Below, one piece after another: positions 28,318-37,813 of a DNA stretch of 64,000 bases. The notes beneath the pieces were generated by a model, which did not search any database, was not told where the DNA came from, and saw only the letters and a list, made by a program, of their open reading frames with translations. Origin of the DNA: an uncultured Desulfosarcina sp. (GTDB lineage Bacteria > Desulfobacterota > Desulfobacteria > Desulfobacterales > Desulfosarcinaceae); NCBI GenBank assembly GCA_963674945.2, contig CAXXWQ010000004.1, positions 928,001-992,000 on the forward strand. Direction: 5' to 3'. Made by a program: the position numbers and the translations under genes. Numbering within the stretch: the first letter of the stretch is position 1; each line of letters begins with the position of its first letter.

Positions 28318-29120
28318 GACACCTCTCCCCATGTTCGTCCGAGGACTTCGCTTGGGACCACCAAGTTCCATTCCGACACGAATCGACCAGATTTCCGCTT
28401 GGAACGGTTCAGGTAATGAGGCTGCCTTGGACGCAGGTCGCGAAGCACATTAAGATGTCGGTCATCAACCATCAATGTTTCGCGGTGTTGATCGAGAAAA
28501 AACCCCACTTTTGCCCCGGTGGTCGAATTTCCAAGCAGGAGCGCGTATTCCACGACCTTATCGAGGTCGAAGAATTCGACGGACTCCAGCGACCGCCATA
28601 TTTCCTCCCAACTTCCTGAGAGGTCTGGACGATCAAGCACATCGACCAAGGTCCGTTCCAGGGTCGTAACCCTCAATTCCAGGCCAGATCGCTCTGCGGC
28701 CGAAACACCAAAATTTTCTTTGCCAAAACGGACAAGCGCTTGACGAAACCTCGCTCCCCGGAAAACGTACGCTCGAAAATTCAAAGATCCAAGCGGACGG
28801 GATGCCGAGTAGACAAAGTGTGTATGAACCGAGTAAGCCTTGCCGTAAAATTCAAGCGCGGTGTAGTGCGACAGCACTGCATCCGGTGTTAACTTCACGG
28901 CTACGAGAAAAGGGTCGATAGGATATGAACCGGGATCGGCTCCCGGGGGAATAACGGCATACAACCCTCGTCGCACCAGGACAATCCGACCAACCTTCCG
29001 GTGATAGGCCAAAAATGACTCCTGCGTTCGTCCGCGGACCTCGCCCAGAGACGATAAATGACCAGCCAACTCTTTTCCGGTAAAAACCGGATGCTTTCGG
29101 AAAAACTCATCATGTTTCAT
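28314..29120 (-). CDS. AbiEi-family antitoxin (268 aa), copy 2
   Basis: Near-identical paralog of 15780-16586; ATGA overlap with AbiEii. Confidence 0.85.
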   Translation of the reverse strand: MKHDEFFRKHPVFTGKELAGHLSSLGEVRGRTQESFLAYHRKVGRIVLVRRGLYAVIPPGADPGSYPIDPFLVAVKLTPDAVLSHYTALEFYGKAYSVHTHFVYSASRPLGSLNFRAYVFRGARFRQALVRFGKENFGVSAAERSGLELRVTTLERTLVDVLDRPDLSGSWEEIWRSLESVEFFDLDKVVEYALLLGNSTTGAKVGFFLDQHRETLMVDDRHLNVLRDLRPRQPHYLNRSKRKSGRFVSEWNLVVPSEVLGRTWGEVS

Positions 29121-29751
29121 CGTCGGCGTCCTTGACTTTGTTTCATGTTACCCATAAAAATTCCATGGGTTTCATAATTAAATGTCAAGTAAAAGCCTCG
29201 GTCCAATCTATCCAACCGACTTGACAGATTAACACAGAACCCATATCTAATTATGGGTTTCGCATGTGCGTGTCAAGAGCTAAATGAGGAAATAGGGGGA
29301 AGTCGGGTTTGTGGGGAAATCTGAAGGAAATCTGATCAGCTTCCAAAGCTGGGGTTTTTTAATGTGAATACATGTCCGATTATCGCAAATGATTGGCCTA
29401 ATAATGAGCGACCCTTGCGTTGGACAAACACACATTATAGGTCGTGCTTACCTAAACTAAAAAGTACCGGTGATAGAATCAATGGTCCGCCACTGGCCAT
29501 GACTCCTATTGCGGTTTCGTTCGGCAAACTTGTTGTTTCCAAAGGGAAACCGGGGCCGGGACCATCTTGAAGGATACAGATTCGAATTGATTGTTTGAGG
29601 AGGCATGAAAACATAGACCTGCCTATTATGGTGTCAGCTGCGGTCTGAAGATGCATCAAAGCTGGCGATTTAAAAATGTTCAATGATTATGCCGAGAAGT
29701 TTGGTCACCCGAGCCGTTTTTTTACGACTCGGGCGACTTTTCACGGCGGTT

Positions 29752-30507
29752 TTATCCTTCGATTTTCTCTTTCATACGATAGCTTTTCCCTTCGATGAGA
29801 ACGGTTTCGGCATGGTGCAACAGCCTGTCGAGGATAGCGGAAGTCAGCGTACTGTCGTTGTTAAAGATTTCCGGCCAGTCTTTGAAAGCTCGGTTGGACG
29901 TGATTGCCAGCGCCCCTTGCTCGTAGCGCCGACTGATGACCTGGAACAATAGATCCGCGCCGGCCTTGTCGATGGGCAGAAAGCCCAATTCGTCGAGGAT
30001 CAGAAGTGAGGGACGGGTATATTTTTTCAATTCCTGTTTCATCCGTCCCGCGGCCTGGGCAGCCGAGAGGGTGTTGATCACATCGATGGCCGTGGCAAAC
30101 AAAACCGTATATCCCGCAAGACAAGCCTCGTAACCCAAGGCGGATACCAGATGGGTTTTGCCCAGGCCCACACCGCCCAGGAAAATGATATTGGCCGGTT
30201 GTTTGACAAATTGCAACCTGAACATTTGCTGAACTTGAAGGCGGTTGATCTTCTTAGGCCAGGTCCAATCGAATGCGTCCAGCGTTTTAACCACCGGAAA
30301 ACGTGCCTGGTTAATACGGCGTTTGGTGGAACGATCTTTTCTCAAGGCCGCTTCGCCATCGGCCAGTTTTTCCAAATAGTCCTCATGGGACCAGTTGTTT
30401 TTGGCGGCCTGTTTTGCCATTTGGTGATGTTGTTCACGCATGAACGGCAGTTTCAAATATTTGAGATGACAGTCAAGGGGATGCTCCGGGAATTGCTTGT
30501 CGGTCAT
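29752..30507 (-). CDS. istB: IS21 helper ATPase
   Basis: GGVGLGKTHL, LLILDELG, ITSN, AILDRLLHH..GKSYR. Confidence 0.93.
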   Translation of the reverse strand: MTDKQFPEHPLDCHLKYLKLPFMREQHHQMAKQAAKNNWSHEDYLEKLADGEAALRKDRSTKRRINQARFPVVKTLDAFDWTWPKKINRLQVQQMFRLQFVKQPANIIFLGGVGLGKTHLVSALGYEACLAGYTVLFATAIDVINTLSAAQAAGRMKQELKKYTRPSLLILDELGFLPIDKAGADLLFQVISRRYEQGALAITSNRAFKDWPEIFNNDSTLTSAILDRLLHHAETVLIEGKSYRMKEKIEG

Positions 30508-31970
30508 GCGTCCTCCTTTTGGTAGATGGTCAGATCGGGCGATTGTACCGTCAACTCCAATAGATCCTCACGGCGGGTCAGATGCAAGGCGCCGGGTTCG
30601 GGCAGGCAACGGGTGCGCTGTTCGAGCAGATTGGCGATATACTCGCAGGAAAAGGCTTGGAAAACGAAGGCATCCTCCATTGCCCTGGCAACGGCCTCGG
30701 GGCCGTGAATTTCGCTTAGGGCGACGATTTTCTGCACATGATGATAGGGGTTCATGCGTCGCTGTTCGAGCTTTCGATAATATTGTTCGGATTTTGGCGA
30801 CAGGGATAAAAACCGCATGACGATCTTCTTTTCGCGGGCCTTTTTCCGCCATAGCAACAACTGCCTGGGATGATCCGGGTCCTCGAAGTCCTGGTGGCGG
30901 TCATAACTTCTCGCATGGCGAGCAATCAATTTGTTGTCGTGATAAAGACAAAGCCGGTCAGGATAGGTTTTTAGGGTCAGCCGGCGTCCGGCATACTCGG
31001 CCAGCACCGAGTAGCGGTTTGTATCGAGCGTTACGCGGAACTGGCTCGAAGCCCGGACCTGGGAAACGGTAGTGATGTCGAAACGATGCCTCGGCAAAGG
31101 GTTTAAAACAGATCGCTCTTTTTCGAACCGTTCGATGGGTTTTTCGTGGGTTTCGCCATGAATACGCGGGTTGGCCACCGAATCGATCCAGTACCTGGCT
31201 GCCGGATGAATCGAAGGAAAATCGGGAATGTCCAATCCGGCCAGAAAGTTCTTTTTCACATAGCCGACGCCGTTTTCCACGCGCCCTTTTTCATTGCCTT
31301 TGCCTACGTTGCAAGCCGCTATGTTAAATCCGTAGTAATTGGCAAAATCCAGGTACTTGGGATTGAAAACCGGGACCATACCGATAATTCTTTTGAGAAC
31401 GGCGCTTTTGAGATTGTCCACCATGATTTTGCGGGGCACCCCGCCGAAGTACTCAAAGGCGTTTTGATGGCATCCCAGAAAATGCTCCATGGTTTGGGAG
31501 ACGGTGAACTCCACATACATCAAGCGGCTATGGCAAAGCACCATTACGAAAAAACTGAGCCGTCTGCGTGTATTGCCGACATTGACGGAACCATAGGATC
31601 CCCAATCGACTTGGGCACATTCGCCCGGAGCGAACGACAGGGTGAGATATGCACTGGTCTTGGGCGGCCTGACCTTTCTGACGTAGTCCTTGACGATGGA
31701 ATAGCGGCCTGTAAAACCCTTCTCCAGGATACGTTGAAAGATCTGGGTGGCGGTGTAGGGATGGGCTTCGAGCGATCGAACGATTTCTTGTTTGAAGGGA
31801 TCGAGCTTGCTGGTGCGCGAAGTGCTTTGACGAGGTTTGAAGTGGGCTTCGCCAAGCCATTTGCGGACCGTTCTCACGTCCATTGAAAGCTCTTGGGCGA
31901 TCTGCGGGGCGGTCAATCCATCGCTTGTTCTCAGGTGGTTGATTTTGCAGTAAAGGGCATAATCGATCAT
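30504..31970 (-). CDS. istA: IS21 transposase
   Basis: PGE.AQVDWG, DNLKSAV, KGRVENGV, RIHGET. Confidence 0.93.
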   Translation of the reverse strand: MIDYALYCKINHLRTSDGLTAPQIAQELSMDVRTVRKWLGEAHFKPRQSTSRTSKLDPFKQEIVRSLEAHPYTATQIFQRILEKGFTGRYSIVKDYVRKVRPPKTSAYLTLSFAPGECAQVDWGSYGSVNVGNTRRRLSFFVMVLCHSRLMYVEFTVSQTMEHFLGCHQNAFEYFGGVPRKIMVDNLKSAVLKRIIGMVPVFNPKYLDFANYYGFNIAACNVGKGNEKGRVENGVGYVKKNFLAGLDIPDFPSIHPAARYWIDSVANPRIHGETHEKPIERFEKERSVLNPLPRHRFDITTVSQVRASSQFRVTLDTNRYSVLAEYAGRRLTLKTYPDRLCLYHDNKLIARHARSYDRHQDFEDPDHPRQLLLWRKKAREKKIVMRFLSLSPKSEQYYRKLEQRRMNPYHHVQKIVALSEIHGPEAVARAMEDAFVFQAFSCEYIANLLEQRTRCLPEPGALHLTRREDLLELTVQSPDLTIYQKEDA

Positions 31971-32344
31971 GGCCGGCCCTCCCCGATGCGCTTGAAGATC
32001 TGCCCAAGCCCCTGGAGCGCACCGCTGGTCCTTTCCGGCTCGGCCTCAATGGCCAGGACCTGATACAACGGCTTGCGATAGGCAATCAGGCCGATGTCGA
32101 TCAACTCGCCGCGAACCCGGGAAATCTCGTTTTCGTCCATTCCCAGACGCCCGGATAGGGTTCGTGTGGAATAATAGCTCATGCCCTTTGCATCGGCGAC
32201 CGTGACCAGGAACAAATACAAGGCCGCAGCCCTATGCGTGCAGCGGTCGATGTAATGTCCGCTGACCAACCGGTGATCGAGCCAACTGAACTGTTTTGGG
32301 ATTTTACGGATACGATCGGGGTAAATAGGATGTTTGGCTACCAT
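31967..32344 (-). CDS. Small winged-helix-like protein
   Basis: GGAGG RBS; FSW.DHRL...LYLFL..VAD..G.SYYS...L; ATGA overlap with istA. Confidence 0.7.
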   Translation of the reverse strand: MVAKHPIYPDRIRKIPKQFSWLDHRLVSGHYIDRCTHRAAALYLFLVTVADAKGMSYYSTRTLSGRLGMDENEISRVRGELIDIGLIAYRKPLYQVLAIEAEPERTSGALQGLGQIFKRIGEGRP

Positions 32345-32825
32345 GGCGGCCTCCTTGATATTGAGGGTTAAGGATATCGTCGCCCAATTGTTGCATGCGA
32401 CGAACGGCCATGGCGATGTCATCTTGTAACGCATACCCGGTTAATTGGGCAATAATACCAATTAATACGGTTGGTTGTCCCGTTACGAGATCTTGTAACG
32501 CACGATTTGCAAAATCAGTGATATTAACTGTTTTATCAATATGTTGTCGATTTAAGGGATCTTGTAACGCATCGCCGCTGTTTTCGGGCTTCTTTCGCCA
32601 GTATCCCGGATTGTCCTTTCGCCACTGCTGGACCCGCTCTACATTATCCGGCCCACGAAAGTAATCGACATTCTCGGGCTTTTGGTTCCACCGCTTCTGG
32701 CTATCGGCCTTGCTGGCCTTACGACATTCAGGCTTTTTGCAGTAACGTTGGCGGTTTTTGTTACGATGATCGGGAACGAATAACCGATGGCAATGACGAC
32801 ACTTTTTCCGTTTAATCCCTGACAT
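32304..32825 (-). CDS. Cys-rich (putative Zn-binding) hypothetical protein with ALQD repeats
   Basis: CRHC..YC..PEC; overlaps the next gene. Confidence 0.7.
   Translation of the reverse strand: MSGIKRKKCRHCHRLFVPDHRNKNRQRYCKKPECRKASKADSQKRWNQKPENVDYFRGPDNVERVQQWRKDNPGYWRKKPENSGDALQDPLNRQHIDKTVNITDFANRALQDLVTGQPTVLIGIIAQLTGYALQDDIAMAVRRMQQLGDDILNPQYQGGRHGSQTSYLPRSYP
32421..32571. repeat. 13-mer ATCTTGTAACGCA x3 with exact 69-bp period
   Basis: Starts at 32421, 32490 and 32559. Confidence 0.9.
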
Positions 32826-33038
32826 TGGTCGCGACCCTCCTGCGAGCCAATGTTATCCATCTCGTCATTGATTAGACCAACTTTTTACAGGCAAAAAAAT
32901 AAGATAAGAAAAAGAGAAGAATATAGGGTTAAAAACATATTGTGGAAGAAAATGATGCCTGTACCTGCGGACATTTTCAAATCGTCAGGAATAAGACAGT
33001 CTCAGGTTGCTGCTGGCATTATGGTTTGATATTTCCTT

Positions 33039-33308
33039 TTATGAAATTGAAGCCTTTTGAGCCAAATAATGCTGATCTAAGGATTGACGCAGATAGGTTT
33101 TTATGACAGCTTGCCGGCTGATATTTAATTCCTTTGCAAGGACGTCCAGTTCCTTAAGCATATCAATACTAAAGTCCACATTAACTCTCTGAATGGCTGG
33201 TTTCATCTCGCCCTTATTTGTAAAATGCTGAGAGATGTCCTCACCACTCATGGCTTTTTCGGCAATTTCGTCAGCGGTTATTTTTTTCTTTTTAGCTGTA
33301 CTCATCAT
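33039..33308 (-). CDS. BrnA/CopG-type antitoxin, copy 2
   Basis: Paralog of 15049-15318. Confidence 0.8.
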   Translation of the reverse strand: MMSTAKKKKITADEIAEKAMSGEDISQHFTNKGEMKPAIQRVNVDFSIDMLKELDVLAKELNISRQAVIKTYLRQSLDQHYLAQKASIS

Positions 33309-33570
33309 ATAGTTTCTCTTCTTCTTTTGTTGATCTCCAGAGTGTGACAAGATGATAGTATTCACCTTTGTCATCTTCTCTGATTTCGTATATTACCGAG
33401 TAAAGCCTTCCCTGAACCCATCCGATGGCACGAAACTGCTCTGGATCGTCACTACGACAGTCCACGTAATGGGGGTGTGTCCAAATTTCTTGGACCTCGG
33501 AAAAACCGATATTTCGGCGAGGGTCTGCTTTAAGCTTTTTACTCTTTCGACTGTCGTATTTAAACCTCAT
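33292..33570 (-). CDS. BrnT-family toxin, copy 2
   Basis: Paralog of 15302-15580. Confidence 0.8.
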   Translation of the reverse strand: MRFKYDSRKSKKLKADPRRNIGFSEVQEIWTHPHYVDCRSDDPEQFRAIGWVQGRLYSVIYEIREDDKGEYYHLVTLWRSTKEEEKLYDEYS

Positions 33571-33699
33571 GGATTTGAACTGTATAACAGTTATACCATC
33601 TTGTCAACGCAATACGAACTTGTTGAAGTGAAAATAAGGCAGTAAAAATTGGGAATTTAGATTCGCTTCTTTTGAGGTGACACTGAGCTGTCAATAGCC

Positions 33700-34248
33700 T
33701 CATCTACGCTTTCCTTTCTGATTTGGGTGATGAGATACAGAAGATACACCACATCCCAACAAAAAATCGATGGAACAACGCAGTGTATTGGCCAGTTTAA
33801 GGATCACATCCGTACTGGTGTGGTAACCGGCTTCTATTCTTTTGATTTGATCAACGGGCAACCCGGAGCGTTTGGAAACCTCCGCGATGCTAAATCCCAT
33901 ATCCTCACGCCAATAACGTACCCGTTTGCCCATTTCCGGATCTTTGTTGGTTTCGGAATGAGGGTATGTTGGTACATCTTCTTTCACCATTTTGTCCAAT
34001 GGATCAGTCGTTTGGTAAAAAACGTGTCCCCATAAAAAATAATCCATCGGTTTGCCGGTGGCCACTGATACAGCTAATATGTAATTCAATGAAGGATTTT
34101 GGCTGGCTTTTGCGCTGTGAATATTGGATACCACGTTGATCTTCACACCCACTTTATTCGCCCATTCTGTTCTGGAATAGCCATCCATTTCCTTCTCAAT
34201 GCGTCGAAGGACATCTTTGAAATTGATGTCAACGTGATATTTTTTCAT
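33700..34248 (-). CDS. Double-XRE repressor copy 3
   Basis: Paralog of 5468-6046 with an in-frame linker deletion. Confidence 0.8.
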   Translation of the reverse strand: MKKYHVDINFKDVLRRIEKEMDGYSRTEWANKVGVKINVVSNIHSAKASQNPSLNYILAVSVATGKPMDYFLWGHVFYQTTDPLDKMVKEDVPTYPHSETNKDPEMGKRVRYWREDMGFSIAEVSKRSGLPVDQIKRIEAGYHTSTDVILKLANTLRCSIDFLLGCGVSSVSHHPNQKGKRR

Positions 34249-34579
34249 TATCTATAATTTTTTCTTGACAATAAATTCATTGTATTTGTATTAATGATCT
34301 GCACGCCTTCAATTGAACCTGATCTCATATTATTCCAGAATTTTTTCTATTCGGCATTTCTATATCAGTCGGCTCTTTTCAACTATTGCTTTAATGGTGC
34401 AGAAGCAGGTTCCAATATTTAATTTTTAATGTAATTCTAAATTATATATATCGACAAACAGCAAGGACTCAAGATTAGATTTTCTATTTGCTAATATCGC
34501 TCACGGGAGATTCATTTTTAAATTACATCAATACGTTAATGGAATCAAATCCTATTCCATTAAATGTAGGACAGATAAA

Positions 34580-35053
34580 AATAGATGCCGCTGAAAAACT
34601 CGAAATAAAATTTGTTCGACCTCTCACCGCAAAAGAGTTTATGGCCACGAGCTGTTTGTCGATTTCCCTATGGATGAATAAATGTTTGGACAAAGTGAAA
34701 TCCCGATTTTTGAAAAAAAAATGAAGAAAGTGGGCATATCAAAACGGGGAGACAAGGGTGACAAGACCAGAACGGGGCCGATGACACAAACGCTATCCGA
34801 AGCGATGAAAAAACATTTTTCGTTGATGGACGATATTATTTCGAATCCAAAAACGAAAGTCCCGTGGGATGAAACCCTGGTCTTTGCTTCACTGCGAAGC
34901 GGCAAGCAAATGACAGACATCCGCCGGCCATTATGGAACGCGATTGAAAAAGCCGGTATTTCGAGAAAGGTGACGCCACACATTTTGCGACACAGCTTTG
35001 CAACCCACATGCTCGAAGGCGACGCGGATCTGAGACGATCCAGGAGTTATTGG
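34580..35053 (+). pseudogene. Integrase copy 3 remnant
   Basis: Only [22 protein letters not shown] remains; catalytic Arg and Tyr regions are deleted. Confidence 0.85.
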
Positions 35054-35128
35054 ATGACTGATGACAAGCTTGTCATTTTTACTTGGATTATTTATTGTTT
35101 TTACGGATAGTTATTCTATGAACACCAA

Positions 35129-35174
35129 ACTCTTAATCAGTAGGTTGAAGGTTCGATTCCTTCACGGCCCACCA
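35129..35174 (+). mobile_element. att core = 3' half of tRNA-Lys(CTT), junction 3
   Basis: Identical to 7777-7822; followed by a terminator (35195-35233) and a second half (35250-35293). Confidence 0.9.
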
Positions 35175-35790
35175 TCATCAATTTTATGTTTAATAACGGG
35201 AAGTTAGGCTCTTTTGCCTCTTCCCGTTTTTTTGTACTTTCTTCCATTATCTTAATCAGTTGGTTGAAGGTTTGATTCCTTCACGGTTCACCAAAAAATA
35301 CTATGCGAAATCGGTTAGTTATACCGGTTTCGCTTTTTTTAGGGAGTCTCCATTTAAAAAATGACAAGGCGGCCGACTTTGTGATCGAACAGATAGATAT
35401 TCTACATACCACTTAAAAGTTCTTTGATGAAATAAAAGCCGAATGTGCGGGTCAATACGTGGCATACAAGTCATTACGAGAGAAGAATGCCCTCTTGTCA
35501 AATTGTACTATTGTACTACTGAATCCGCTTGGCAAGCCCCCGTCTATCTGGGATGAACAATCTGATACCAAATGACCATAGCGAAAAACATATGAATCTA
35601 TGAAAATGGCAGTTTGGTAGGAAAATACAAGATGTTGGCGAATGGGAGGGCAATTCAAACGGATTCAGACTGAAAGGCAAAGCCATTCCGGCGATCCCAT
35701 AAAAAAAGATCCTACCGGTTTTTGTGTCCTTGCCACGGATGCAAAAATTTGGAAGTATGAGATATCTTCCGCAGCGATATATCATCATCC

Positions 35791-36349
35791 ATGGGAATCA
35801 AAAGCATGATAGACAAAGAGACCGATAGAGGCATGCAACGGACGCGGGTGATTACAGAACCCTTGCAAACCAAGATCGATCTCATCGGCCGCCTCGTGCG
35901 GCAGGTGGTCGGTCAACAGACCGGCGCTGAAACCGCCCGATTGATCGAAGATCTGATGGATCTTTGCGAGGCCGCTTCCCGTTCAAATCAGTGGCGGTCC
36001 CACACCGATCTGCAGCCGCGCATCGAGGCCCTGGAACTGGATCAGCTGGTCTGGATCTGTCGTGCATTTACCGTCTTTTTCCACCTGGTCAACGAGGCCG
36101 AACGGCAGGAAATCATCCGCATCAATCGCCTGGCGGCGCAAAAGGAGACACTGGAATGCCCGCACAAGGGATCGATTCTCGAAGCAATCCATCGTTTTGC
36201 GCAACCCCTACACCGATGTACTCAACCTGATCCAAGTCGAACTTCTCAAACGCTGGGCCGCAGACGCCGAAGAACAGTCCATACCCCTGCGCCAAGCCCT
36301 GTTTCTCAGCATCAACGGCATCGCAGCGGCCATGCAGAGTACAGGGTGA
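35791..36349 (+). pseudogene. ppc: Phosphoenolpyruvate carboxylase relic with a large internal deletion
   Basis: N-terminal RAF..FFHLVN.AE is joined out of frame to C-terminal LRNPY.D.LN.IQV.LL..SINGIAAAMQSTG. Confidence 0.85.
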
Positions 36350-36461
36350 TGCATGACCCTTTTCTACAAGCTTCGGATGGGTAAGCAGAAAAGGCAAAAA
36401 TCCAGGTCGTATCTTTTCCATGGATTGATATGGGTAAACCAGCACCGAAGTAATTTTCTGG

Positions 36462-37757
36462 ATGCTTTTTTACCACGGTCTCCTGGGCGGATTCGCTTTT
36501 TGTTCTGCTTCCGTTAACCACAATCTTGAAAGGATTGTGCAAATGATACCCACCAACCATTTATTGATGAGAGCATTCGCATTCCCCGTGATGATTGTTT
36601 TTCTGGCAACGGTTGTCGCATCTGTTCACGCGGCAGAGCCTATTGTCATTGACGACGATGTGCCTGCCGAGGGTGGCTTTCGCAGTATCACACTGCTTCA
36701 AGGGTTGGAGCACCCATGGTCCATGGCGTGGTTGCCCAATGGTGATCTGCTGATCACCGAACGGCCGGGACGGCTGCGTTTGGTGAAGGGGGGAAGACTG
36801 GTGCCTGCTCCTGTCGATGGTGTCTCCGAAGTATTTGCCGCTGGTCAGGGAGGCCTGCTCGATGTCCGTTTGCATCCCCGTTTTTCTGAAAACCACCGGA
36901 TCTATTTTTCCTATGCACACGGCAGTTTCAGGGCGAACCATACGCGCATCGCCGCGGCCAAATTCAATGGTGACCGCCTCGAAAACTGGACGGTGATTTT
37001 TCACGTCGGGATTCATAAATCAGGCAAACAACATTTTGGATCGCGCTTGCTGTGGCTTCCTGATGAAAGCCTATTGGTCTCCATCGGAGATGGCGGGAAT
37101 CCACCGATTCGACTCTCGGGGGATTGGATTCGTAAACAGGCCCAGAATAAACAAAACCATTTGGGAAAAATACTGCGGCTGGATGATACCGGCAATGCGC
37201 CCCGGGATAATCCTTTTTCTGGCACGGCGGATGCCGAGAAAACAATTTGGAGCTATGGCCACCGGAATATCCAGGGGTTGGCGTATGATTCGCTCCGAAA
37301 GGTGGTGTGGGCATCGGAACACGGGGCGCTTGGTGGAGACGAGTTGAACCGCATTGTCAAGGGCGGAAATTATGGATGGCCAGAGGCTACCTTCAGCCGT
37401 GAGTACCTGGGCGGTTTCAAAATCTCAGACCACGTATCGAGACCCGGCATGGTGGATCCAACGGTCGTCTGGATGACGGCCATTGCACCCTCCGGGTTGA
37501 TGGTATATACCGGCGATCGTTTTTCTCGGTGGCACGGTGATGTCTTCGTTGGAGGACTCAAGTCCCAGGATATCCGGCGAATCGACCTGGATCATTCCGG
37601 CCGGGTGATCGCTCAAACGGCCCTGCGCATCGGCCATCGCGTGAGAGATATTCGCCAAGGACCAGATGGACTGGTTTACGTTCTCACGGATGAATCCGAC
37701 GGTCACCTCATTCGCCTCGAACCGGCCGCGGATCGCCAGTCGCCGCCCTCGCCATGA
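36462..37757 (+). CDS. PQQ-dependent sugar dehydrogenase (glucose/sorbosone family)
   Basis: GLEHPW, ITERPGRLR, GQGGLLD, HFGSRL, SYGHRNIQG, GGDELN..GGNYGWP. True start is probably downstream (~36543). Confidence 0.9.
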   Translation: MLFYHGLLGGFAFCSASVNHNLERIVQMIPTNHLLMRAFAFPVMIVFLATVVASVHAAEPIVIDDDVPAEGGFRSITLLQGLEHPWSMAWLPNGDLLITERPGRLRLVKGGRLVPAPVDGVSEVFAAGQGGLLDVRLHPRFSENHRIYFSYAHGSFRANHTRIAAAKFNGDRLENWTVIFHVGIHKSGKQHFGSRLLWLPDESLLVSIGDGGNPPIRLSGDWIRKQAQNKQNHLGKILRLDDTGNAPRDNPFSGTADAEKTIWSYGHRNIQGLAYDSLRKVVWASEHGALGGDELNRIVKGGNYGWPEATFSREYLGGFKISDHVSRPGMVDPTVVWMTAIAPSGLMVYTGDRFSRWHGDVFVGGLKSQDIRRIDLDHSGRVIAQTALRIGHRVRDIRQGPDGLVYVLTDESDGHLIRLEPAADRQSPPSP

Positions 37758-37813
37758 TCGTGTTGGATCGACTCATTCAGGCAATTCTGCATTGTTGGTG
37801 ATCTTCTCCGGGG

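Larger units (their letters stand above)
29684..33024 (-). mobile_element. IS21-family element with two extra upstream genes (ends approximate)
   Basis: istA/istB plus two co-oriented overlapping ORFs. The left end is TGATTATGCC; a partial inverse GGCATTAT lies near 33015-33022. Confidence 0.65.

Noticed and set aside
29340..29683. Short ORFs between AbiEi and IS21
   Set aside because: No motif or convincing RBS; possibly decayed sequence.
32421..32571. Mini-CRISPR array
   Set aside because: The repeat is only 13 bp, spacers are 56 bp, and all lie in frame within a plausible ORF.
6649..35174. Integron with attC cassettes
   Set aside because: The integrase lacks an evident IntI-specific insertion, cargo is in mixed orientation, and no attC-like sites were recognised.
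5468..35174. Prophage or ICE
   Set aside because: No structural, packaging, primase, relaxase or T4SS genes were seen.
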